DNA of 63,141 nt, the filler included, from Octopus bimaculoides (Eukaryota): NCBI RefSeq assembly GCF_001194135.2. It is 7 parts of 7 records of this genome, joined end to end, with 100 filler letters (N's around TTAATTAATTAA, not from the genome) between each part and the next. Parts side by side here need not be neighbours in the genome. Positions count along the whole stretch, not along the records: positions 22,308 to 35,551 come from NC_069007.1; 6 more parts are not named here. One strand, written 5' to 3'. The position numbers and the translations under genes were made by a program. This document shows, in pieces, positions 25,511 to 34,885 of the stretch. Below the pieces are notes generated by a model. The model was not told the origin of the DNA and did no database searches. It saw only the letters and a program-made list of their open reading frames with translations. Positions within the stretch are counted from its first letter, which is position 1. The number at the start of each line of letters is the position of its first letter.

Positions 25511-26360
25511 GTAAATCTTATATCTAATAATTGTCTCTATTGATTCGCTGTTGTTGCAAATCAACAGATGTTCCTGGTCTGAAAGTTTAATAAGATGTAA
25601 CCATGAACATAAGCACACATTTTCAGCAAACATAAATTCATTTCTTCTCGATTGCATACACAGACATAACTACTAACTATAAGTACCATACGTTAATTTT
25701 TCGGAACACACCGAATAGTTAGATGTGTAAATTGTATGTATATGTAAGTATATATCTAGGATATTGTGCATGTCATTGTACGTAAGTATAGTTATATAAC
25801 TGTCGCTATGTATGGCTAGCTGTATGTACAATACGTTCATACAGATATACATACATATATATTGATAGATCGAAACTTTTATCAATTCGTTTTGCAAGAT
25901 TCTTGATGTGAAACCATGTGTTGAAACAGATGTTGTATTTCGGGATATTTTTTTCTTCACTCGTTTATTACCATTACTTTATTATTTTAACGCCTGTCCA
26001 TTGTCCGGAAATCTTTCGTCACACATCTGTGACCTCTTCAGCGACACTTCGTTTCCATGTGTGTTCTTGCTCAACTTACTCCATTCTGTTCTTCTAAGAT
26101 GTGTCTCCTTATGTGCGCATGCGTTTGTGCCCTTCTCTCTCTCTCTCTGTTATGTGTGTGTTTATGTTTGTGTGAGTGTCTTAGTTTTTGGCAGCAGTAT
26201 GGCTTTCTTCTCAGCCCCAATCTCTCACCCCATTGTGCTGCTGCTGTCCTAAGACCCGAGAAAAAAAAGACAATAAATAAAATGACCATCCCGAAATACA
26301 ACATCTGTTTCAACACACGGTTCCACATCAGGAATCTTGCAAAACGAATTGATAAAAGTT

Positions 26361-26421
<61 letters not shown>

Positions 26422-26522
26422 GACTGTATACTATGTATATTTATCATATTATATCATATATCATATTATATTATGTTTGACTGCCGTGTTGTGCCTTCCT
26501 AAACGGTACCTTCTGTTTCTAG

Positions 26523-26647
26523 CTGCGATCCGTATTGAAAAAAACACTCAGTTACTCAATATCGCCATTCCCCAAACTAACGAGACAGAACAAATTTTCC
26601 TGGAGGTCAACTACACTGCAAAGTCCACCTTGGCTACACAAGTTCTG
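26523..26647 (+). CDS. Linker/beta-domain exon (125 nt, phase 1 to 0)
   Basis: Acceptor ttctgtttctAG|, donor CTG|GTAAGA. Reads AAIRIEKNTQLLNIAIPQTNETEQIFLEVNYTAKSTLATQVL in frame with both neighbours. Confidence 0.88.
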
Positions 26648-27186
26648 GTAAGACGAATAAGAACAATATCAACTGAATTGTGTTTTTCTATTTTTATGGA
26701 TGACTGAGAAAGAAGGGACAATGCCCATAAACCTCTCAGTCCTTCCAGGAGTGGATGGTCACATTCTTATTATTGATGTTTTAATTGGAACGTTTATAGA
26801 TCTAACATAAATGTAGGCAAAGGAGGGAATTCTGGTGATTGCGTTGGCATTGCTGGGGAGAAGGATTGGGCATCGTGTTTAGTACAGGAAGAGCGAGGTT
26901 AAGAAATAAGATGTGTGATGAGGAGGGGAGAGGAGGATGTGTTGCGTTTGCTTTAGAGGAGCTAGTGTGCAGTTAGCTAGTTCTCAAAAGACGATGTTGT
27001 TGTAGCGGTAGAAAAAACTATAGGAGGAGACTGTGGGTTTTTGGGACAAAGGTTGGACTCCTTTTCTAAATGATTCAGTCAATTGAAGTTAGGGTATCCT
27101 ATATGATATGCTGCTTTTGTTTTCCGCTAGGTGACTGTCCAGTTTGGTATGGTCACTCTGTTATATCTGTTGTTGCTTTTTTGCAG

Positions 27187-27418
27187 GTGACTGTCCAGTG
27201 TGGTGTGGTCACTGTGTACGCTTCATTTAGCAACAGTTATCCCAATAAAGATGATTACGACAAGACTTCGACAACTGACGATAAGCCAGGAAAACTATTT
27301 CTTGAACGAAAATTACACGCCGATAAGCTTTTCCTTACTGTCCTTTCACAGAAACGATTTGATCTCAAATCCTCAGCCTGTGACAATCCTTTTTATGACA
27401 TCAGCATCAACCCAACAG
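27187..27418 (+). CDS. Module A exon 1 (232 nt, phase 0 to 1, GC donor)
   Basis: Acceptor ttttttgcAG|, inferred donor AG|GCAAGC. Reads VTVQCGVVTVYASFSNSYPNKDD...SACDNPFYDISINPT. Same length as 29516-29747 and about 46% identical in amino acids by hand alignment. Confidence 0.88.
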
Positions 27419-28034
27419 GCAAGCTACTTCGTTTTCTTTCAGATATTGTTCGATATCTTTTATACATTTAATGTAAGATTAATTTTGGTTTCAGAATCGA
27501 CGAAAACATAAGAAGGTGTGTCGCATTCTTCTTTCTGATCCGGTCAACTATCACCCTATCACACTCATTTCTAATATCTTTAAGGTAATGGACGCAACCA
27601 TTAACGAGGACCGGAAACCCCTTTGAATCTCTTCCCCTCTCTCCTTAATGGTTACCATCACGCATCAGTAAATTCGATCCACTGGTGACCCCCATTCCCT
27701 TGTCACTTACCAGTGTGCTCTTACCTTGGAGAAATTCGGTGAAAGCAAAGTTCAACCCCCACCCACTGCCAACACGATTCTTACAACGTCCTCAACACCA
27801 CTATATCCCCCAACACTAGCAGTACCATTACTACAACCACCACTCCCATCACCACGACTAACACCAACACTACTAACATACCACAACGGCAAACACTACT
27901 ACTACCGCTACCACTCAACAGAACACACACACACACACACAATATATATCTAGCTATAACTATGTTTAGATGTGCTCACTACCAATGGAAGGTCTGTCTA
28001 TTCCTGTTCTAACACCTGTCTTTCTCTTTCACAG

Positions 28035-28118
28035 CACCCAGGACTGAAGCGGCTTGCGTTGTAAAAGAGGTCAACAGCTCATGTACTGCAAAGCAACTCG
28101 ACTCTGCATGTTACGACA
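28035..28118 (+). CDS. Module A exon 2 (84 nt, phase 1-1, C-x8-C-x8-C)
   Basis: Acceptor ctttcacAG|, donor A|GTAAGT. Reads APRTEAACVVKEVNSSCTAKQLDSACYD. Confidence 0.88.
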
Positions 28119-29515
28119 GTAAGTACTTACAAGATTTTAGCCCACAAACATCACTTTCACCTTCGGGATTGTTATTGGTACTCGTAATCCAGAGGGTCAC
28201 AAGTTCACAACCTATGTCTACAGACCTTTGGCTCTACATAGAGATAGTATTGGGGGCAGGACCATGAGCCAAGATCAAAATTTGTTGATTCTTGGTAGAG
28301 AAGTTTTTATGAGGAACTGACATAATGCTTGAATGTTAGACCTTTTCAAATGCTCTCTCAGTCAGCCTCCTGCATTTCACAGGTCTTTAATGNNNNNNNN
28401 NNNNNNNNNNNNNNNNNNNNNNNNNNNNNNNNNNNNNNNNNNNNNNNNNNNNNNNNNNNNNNNNNNNNNNNNNNNNNNNNNNNNNNNNNNNNNNNNNNNN
28501 NNNNNNNNNNNNNNNNNNNNNNNNNNNNNNNNNNNNNNNNNNNNNNNNNNNNNNNNNNNNNNNNNNNNNNNNNNNNNNNNNNNNNNNNNNNNNNNNNNNN
28601 NNNNNNNNNNNNNNNNNNNNNNNNNNNNNNNNNNNNNNNNNNNNNNNNNNNNNNNNNNNNNNNNNNNNNNNNNNNNNNNNNNNNNNNNNNNNNNNNNNNN
28701 NNNNNNNNNNNNNNNNNNNNNNNNNNNNNNNNNNNNNNNNNNNNNNNNNNNNNNNNNNNNNNNNNNNNNNNNNNNNNNNNNNNNNNNNNNNNNNNNNNNN
28801 NNNNNNNCCCACAAACTCTGACACCCCACCGAAACTGGTCAGATTCATATGAATCATATTCTGTTTATGCCTGTTTTAGATATAGGATCCGATTATAGGG
28901 GTTAACTGAGTGTGAGGCCCGGAATGATTGATGAAAAGAGCAGAGATTGGTGGATCTGTAAACTTGGGTAGAAACGAGATACAGATAATAGAAACCATAT
29001 TGGTAACCCTTGAAGAGGGAGTGAGTTTTAAGATGCTGGAAAAGATGAATTTCTAATGCTTTAAACATAGGATCCAAGTGTAGGTGTTAACTGGGGGAAT
29101 GAGAGTGTGAGGCCCAGAATGGCTGATGAGAAGAGGAGACATTGGTGGGTCTGTAAACTTGGGTAGAAACGAGATACAGATAATAGAAACCATATTGGTA
29201 ACCCTTGAAGAGGGAGTGAGTTTTAAGATGCTGGAAAAGATGAATTTCTAATGATTGACTCAGCATCATGTTTGAATTGTTGAGATTGTGCGAAATAGAT
29301 CCATAAAGAAATGGCATTCACAGAAATGGAGAATGATTTCTTTTGGGAGAGAAAAATCGGGGAATTCATTAAAGTCAGTGGATAATATTGGGGTATAAAG
29401 TTTGAGGGTAACAGAAGGGATATTGTCAGGGCCAGAGAATATATTGGTGGGAAGATATATATTTGTCCAGTGTCCGAGGTGACCACGTATCTTACATCTT
29501 TGCTGTTCTGACCAG

Positions 29516-29747
29516 GTGAGTGCCATGTGTGCCAATGTCACCGTGTATGGTCCTTTTAACAGTTATCCCCTTCAATTTGACCACGACTTCAAAACACAAG
29601 CAACGGATGGCAATCCTGGTAAAATAATTGAAATAAAAAATCCCAAAGCTGATCGCCTTATCCTGACCATCGTTTCTGAGAGTCGACATCACCTCAGCCC
29701 TCCAGCTTGTGACCATCCCTCCTACAGAGTCAGCATCGAGCCAATAG
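29516..29747 (+). CDS. Module B exon 1 (232 nt, phase 0 to 1)
   Basis: Acceptor ttctgaccAG|, donor G|GTAAGC. Reads VSAMCANVTVYGPFNSYPLQFD...PACDHPSYRVSIEPI; paralog of 27187-27418. Confidence 0.9.
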
Positions 29748-29876
29748 GTAAGCAAATGCTTTTATTTTCAAATGTTATTTTGTATTTTTTACATATATAT
29801 GTATCTACACACACACACACAAACACACACGCGCGCGCACACTCATGCACGCATATATATATATATATAAATTCAA

Positions 29877-29930
29877 GGTGGTGCCCCAGCATGGGCACTG
29901 TCCAATGACTGAAGCAAGTAAAAGGTAAGA
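29877..29930 (+). mobile_element. SINE family C 3' tip
   Basis: AAGGTGGTGCCCCAGCATGG...ATGACTGAAGCAAGTAAAAG. Confidence 0.6.
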
Positions 29931-29943
29931 ATATATAACAGCT

Positions 29944-30015
29944 AGGTCTCACCGAGATTCGAACTCAGCTTGCTGGATTCAAAGTCCAGAGTGCTAACCA
30001 TTACACTATGAGACC
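29944..30015 (-). tRNA. tRNA-Gln-TTG: tRNA-Gln (anticodon UUG), intronless
   Basis: Reverse complement folds as GGTCTCA TA GTGT AATGGTTA GCAC T CTGGA CT-TTG-AA TCCAG CAAG CTGAG TTCGAAT CTCGG TGAGACC T. All four stems pair (two G-U pairs), A and B boxes are intact, and a T4 run lies about 20 nt downstream. Confidence 0.92.
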
Positions 30016-30114
30016 GTGAACGTGGTAAATTAATATATATATGTATTTGAAAAAACTGAGTAGAGATGGCTTTTGCGGGGAATAATTTTTATTTTAAGGA
30101 TAATGCTTCTAGTG

Positions 30115-30471
30115 GTGGAGGCGCAATGGCCCAGTGGTTAGGGCAGCGGACTCGCGGTCGTAGGATCGCGGTTTCGATTCCCAGACCGGGCGTTGTGAGT
30201 GCTTATTGAGCGAAAACGCCTAAAGCTCCACGAGGCTCCGGCAGGGGATGGTGGCGAACCCTTCTGTGCTCTTGCACCACAATTTTCTCTCACTCTTACT
30301 CCCTGTTTCTGTTGTGCCTGTAATTCAAAGGGCCAGCCTTGTCACACTGTGTCACGCTGAATATCCCCGAGAACTACGTTAAGGGTACACGTGTCTGTGG
30401 AGTGCTCAGCCACTTGCACGTTAATTTCACGAGCAGGCTGTTCCGTTGAACGGATCAACTGGAACCCTCGA
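30115..30471 (+). mobile_element. SINE family B (intact tRNA-derived head; truncated by gap)
   Basis: GTGGAGGCGCAATGGCCCAGTGGTTAGGGCAGCGGACTCGCGGTCGTAGGATCGCGGTTTCGATTCCCAGACCGGGCG head followed by the family body. Confidence 0.92.
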
Positions 30472-31571
30472 NNNNNNNNNNNNNNNNNNNNNNNNNNNNN
30501 NNNNNNNNNNNNNNNNNNNNNNNNNNNNNNNNNNNNNNNNNNNNNNNNNNNNNNNNNNNNNNNNNNNNNNNNNNNNNNNNNNNNNNNNNNNNNNNNNNNN
30601 NNNNNNNNNNNNNNNNNNNNNNNNNNNNNNNNNNNNNNNNNNNNNNNNNNNNNNNNNNNNNNNNNNNNNNNNNNNNNNNNNNNNNNNNNNNNNNNNNNNN
30701 NNNNNNNNNNNNNNNNNNNNNNNNNNNNNNNNNNNNNNNNNNNNNNNNNNNNNNNNNNNNNNNNNNNNNNNNNNNNNNNNNNNNNNNNNNNNNNNNNNNN
30801 NNNNNNNNNNNNNNNNNNNNNNNNNNNNNNNNNNNNNNNNNNNNNNNNNNNNNNNNNNNNNNNNNNNNNNNNNNNNNNNNNNNNNNNNNNNNNNNNNNNN
30901 NNNNNNNNNNNNNNNNNNNNNNNNNNNNNNNNNNNNNNNNNNNNNNNNNNNNNNNNNNNNNNNNNNNNNNNNNNNNNNNNNNNNNNNNNNNNNNNNNNNN
31001 NNNNNNNNNNNNNNNNNNNNNNNNNNNNNNNNNNNNNNNNNNNNNNNNNNNNNNNNNNNNNNNNNNNNNNNNNNNNNNNNNNNNNNNNNNNNNNNNNNNN
31101 NNNNNNNNNNNNNNNNNNNNNNNNNNNNNNNNNNNNNNNNNNNNNNNNNNNNNNNNNNNNNNNNNNNNNNNNNNNNNNNNNNNNNNNNNNNNNNNNNNNN
31201 NNNNNNNNNNNNNNNNNNNNNNNNNNNNNNNNNNNNNNNNNNNNNNNNNNNNNNNNNNNNNNNNNNNNNNNNNNNNNNNNNNNNNNNNNNNNNNNNNNNN
31301 NNNNNNNNNNNNNNNNNNNNNNNNNNNNNNNNNNNNNNNNNNNNNNNNNNNNNNNNNNNNNNNNNNNNNNNNNNNNNNNNNNNNNNNNNNNNNNNNNNNN
31401 NNNNNNNNNTATACCCATCCATCCATCCATCCATCCATCCATCCATCCATCCATCCATCCATCCATCCATCTATCTGTCTGTCGGTCTGTCTGTCGGTCT
31501 GTCTGTCGGTCTGTCTGTCGGTCTGTCTGTCTGTCTGTCCTTCTGTCAATTTTCTCTGTTTCATTTCACAG

Positions 31572-31655
31572 ACTCCACACGTGAAGTGGTTTGTCATCGA
31601 AAGCAAGATGAAAGATCGTGTACCCCTGCTGAATCCGAGTCTAAATGTTTTCAAA
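31572..31655 (+). CDS. Module B exon 2 (84 nt, phase 1-1, C-x8-C-x8-C)
   Basis: Acceptor catttcacAG|, donor A|GTAAGT. Reads [28 protein letters not shown], with the same length and Cys spacing as 28035-28118. Confidence 0.88.
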
Positions 31656-31919
31656 GTAAGTGCATACAAGTATTTAACCTTCAGGACTCTTTCCTGCCTG
31701 GTTCCTCTTTGGTTTGTATTCTTGAGACACACAATCCATAATGTTAGACTTCTTCAGTTACTCACTTTAAACCTACTACATGGTTTAGTGTGTCTTTACT
31801 GGAATCCTTTCTATTACAAACATTCAAAAGAAGTCTCTAGTCTGCTGAGTAATTTGATGTCTCTATACATTGATTTTTGTCGATTCTTCCATTGCATAGT
31901 TCCAGTGTTTGTTAGATGA

Positions 31920-32430
31920 CACAGGAAATAAAAGTGGGTCTTTCGTGGAGACCCACCAACCACCAGGTAGCGACAGAGATATGATTTTGTGCTGTTATTT
32001 GTCTATAATTCCACTCTCAATGACCATCTCACCACAAGTAAATAATATTTACTTGTTTAAGGACTGTACTGGATAAATTGCGAAAATAACTCTAACATTT
32101 TAAATACTAAGAAATAAGCATATTCAATTTTATTTTTACCAAATAATTTAGGAAATGAATGGGTTATTTCCTTTGGCTATATATAAGGATCCCTTGCAGG
32201 GGCGAATGGGTTATTTCCCTTGGTTTTTAAAATAAAATATATTAGATATATATAAGGATCCCTTCCAGGGGCTCTTTTATTTATTTTTTCAACAATCTGA
32301 GTATGCCATGAGGTTTCCAGACATGAGTTCTACTCATGTGTCAAGTTTCATCAAAATCGATATAACGATGTAGGAGGAGTTAGCTAACAACACCACAAAC
32401 ACACCCACAGACAGAATCTCCCACATATGT
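31920..32430 (+). mobile_element. HINE/DINE-like element
   Basis: 5' hairpin GTGGGTCT-ttcgtgg-AGACCCAC (31934-31956), internal tandem duplication ATGGGTTATTTCC...TATATATAAGGATCCCTT, and AAGTTTCATCAAAATCG...ACAGACAGA core. Confidence 0.45.
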
Positions 32431-32473
32431 AGTAAATAGCAAACGTATTTTCCCTTTTCTATATATTTTTCAG

Positions 32474-32583
32474 CGCCTACCAACTTAACGCCGAGGACAA
32501 CAACTGACGGCGCAGTCACAAATCAACTTTCCATAACCGCATGGATTTCTGCAGGACTCTTACTTGCTTGGCGATTGGCATGA
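32474..32583 (+). CDS. Terminal exon with Thr-rich stalk and GPI-anchor-like signal, stop TGA
   Basis: Acceptor tatttttcAG|. In phase 1 it reads TPTNLTPRTTTDGAVTNQLSITAWISAGLLLAWRLA*: small residues (DGA), a polar spacer, then a hydrophobic tail with no cytoplasmic domain. Confidence 0.85.
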
Positions 32584-32865
32584 TCACGGATCGTGTGCAG
32601 GTATAACTGCTACCAGATCCAATGTTATACAGTGCATGGTGGGATTATTGCTATTCAAAACTATGTGTATGAGTGAGCGTGTGTATGTGTGTACGAGCGC
32701 TCATGTGTAAGTGTGCGTATGCAAGAGGGTGTGTGTGTGTGTGTGTGTGTGTTTATCTTTGAGTTTTAATGGCTAATATACGTTCCCCCCGCTGAAATTG
32801 TTTATATATTTTTAATAATCTTCTAATGCACTAATCCCTCTTTCTCACTAATCCGATATATTTTT

Positions 32866-32888
32866 AATAAATGCTTGTTTGAAATAAA
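32866..32888 (+). promoter_or_regulatory. Candidate polyadenylation signals (AATAAA x2) for the vWA gene
   Basis: AATAAA at 32866 and 32883, about 0.3 kb after the stop. The context is AT-rich, so these could be chance matches. Confidence 0.3.
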
Positions 32889-33192
32889 TTTATATAATTC
32901 TATCCAAATTGTTATAAATAATTTTATCTGAATTGTAACAAATAAAAAAATATAAAGAACTTTGTTGTTGTTGTTGTTGTTGTTGCTGTCGCTTTTTAGC
33001 TCAACGTCAGGGTTGAGTGAAAATAGCGTTCCAACTGTGGCCATCTCTTGTTTTATTTCGTATATGAATATCTTTGGTACATCTTGACATATCGTCACCA
33101 CCACCATCATCAACATCATGTCTGTCTATCTGTCTGTATAAAGATATATTAGCTATTAGCGACGAAAGCGACGTCTGTAATGAATAATCTTC

Positions 33193-33499
33193 TAATGCAG
33201 GGGTTTTCAAACATTTTGACTTGCGGACCCCTTTATATTTCAGGCTTTACCTTAGGGACCCCCTTATAAACGCTTATGAAATTTACGCATAAATATTTGC
33301 TTAAAATAACATATATTTTTACATTTATTTATTTAACAGTATTTAACAAAATAGGTTTATTGTCAATTAAAAGATTTCGATTAAAAAACATATATAAAAT
33401 CAAATTCCCATAAAATGTATTTGCTGTCCACGGACCCCGTGTCTTGTCCTTGCGGACTCCCTGTGGTCCGCGGACCACAGTTTGAAAACCCCTGCATTA
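33193..33499. mobile_element. MITE with perfect 20-bp inverted ends (CAGGGGTTTTCAAAC, hAT-like)
   Basis: TAATGCAGGGGTTTTCAAAC ... GTTTGAAAACCCCTGCATTA, with subterminal GCGGACCCC / GGTCCGCGGACC motifs. Confidence 0.8.
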
Positions 33500-34104
33500 A
33501 GGCATCCAGCTTTACTTGGTTGTGTTGTTTTGAACGACTGAAGGTGCGGCAATCCTCCAGAGGTATCACCTCGTATAGACGTTAGGGGGCCCATAAAATG
33601 GACAGACGAAAATTTAGTCAGCGCCGGTAAATGGGATTGCTGTATCAAGTGATTCCAGCATAAATTCTGCATTCTCATTGCATAATTCTCAAGCACCGAA
33701 TGCCAAACCCAAATTCCCTCAAACCGACATACTTTAACACTGACTAAACAATCACCGAGATCTGAGAAACCTTGTGAGATCTGTATTAATTAGCTATCAA
33801 AGAAAAAAAGCAACGTTTGTATCGAATATTAATTAGGACATCCAACTTAACTTGTATGTGTTGTTTTGAACGTTATGGGTAGGTGGAGCGTGGGTGTTTT
33901 GGTTTAGTAGGTTAGTAGGTGGGTTGGGTTTTTTTCTGCAAATCTAGAGGCTAATACTAATTGTGGGAACAGCTTCCTCATACTTCGACAGTGACCGTAT
34001 TTTTCCTTAACAAATGCGTCAGCTATGGCAGACTGGGTCCTGTGCCACCTCTTTGTCGCTGGTCAATTTCTGGGATGAACTCAAGTGAAAAGTGTATATA
34101 ATGC

Positions 34105-34210
34105 TTTTCGTAGACACGTGTTCATTCGTCTGATTTCACGAGCAGGCTGTTCCGTTGATTGGATCAACTGGAATCCTCGACGTCGTAAGCGACGGAGTGC
34201 CAACAACAAT
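34105..34210 (+). mobile_element. SINE family B 3' fragment with (CAA)n tail
   Basis: ATTTCACGAGCAGGCTGTTCCGTTGAT...GACGGAGTGCCAACAACAA. Confidence 0.8.
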
Positions 34211-34214
34211 CTAC

Positions 34215-34885
34215 GGATCTATTTTAAAACGGGGGCCACATTTTTCATTAATGTTTTACGTAGTGTTTTTGGTACGGAAAGACTTTCAAACTTCGTATAC
34301 TTATCTATTTTGTGTTATAGAACAGAAAAATATTTTTGTATTCGAATTTATTTCATGTAAAAAATTGTCTTATTTCGATAATTTCAACCAATCACTGACA
34401 AGTATTCAGTTGTTTACATTTACNNNNNNNNNNNNNNNNNNNNNNNNNNNNNNNNNNNNNNNNNNNNNNNNNNNNNNNNNNNNNNNNNNNNNNNNNNNNN
34501 NNNNNNNNNNNNNNNNNNNNNNNNNNNNNNNNNNNNNNNNNNNNNNNNNNNNNNNNNNNNNTTTATTTGCTTTTACCCTAACCCTAACCCTAACCCTAGG
34601 GTTAGGGTTAGGGTTAGGGTTAGGGTTAGGGTTAGGGTTAGGGTTAATTGTTTCAGAATCGTTTGTTTATGTAGTCGGCACTTAATGTATATCGGCTGAA
34701 TGGACGTCAGTGATTGGTTGAAATTACAGAAATACGACAACTTTAACATGGAATAACTTATGGATTTCTTTTTTCTTAAAGAAGACTAAGAGAAAAAGAT
34801 GTTTTATATGACACATTCTACCAGTGTTCCAAGTTTCAAAGTGTTTCGTTAATGAAAAATGTGGCCCCCGTTTTAAAAAAGATCC
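34215..34885. mobile_element. Merlin-like non-autonomous DNA transposon
   Basis: 37-bp TIRs starting GG (36/37 identical); perfect 8-bp TSD CAATCTAC at 34207-34214 and 34886-34893. Confidence 0.85.
34575..34646. repeat. Inverted telomere-type repeat (CCCTAA)3-CCCT|AGGG-(TTAGGG)7
   Basis: Read directly; perfect 46-bp palindrome 34575-34620 centred between 34597 and 34598. Confidence 0.95.

Noticed and set aside
26750-27070. Purine-rich intronic segment with faint Penelope-like resemblance on the minus strand
   Set aside because: No diagnostic motif survives in any frame; too weak to call.
30115-30195. tRNA-like head as a tRNA gene (also family A and C heads)
   Set aside because: Acceptor stem does not close and it continues into a multi-copy SINE body.
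34575-34646. Telomeric repeats as a chromosome-fusion scar or true telomere
   Set aside because: Orientation is opposite to end-to-end fusion, the array is short, and it lies inside TIRs with a TSD.
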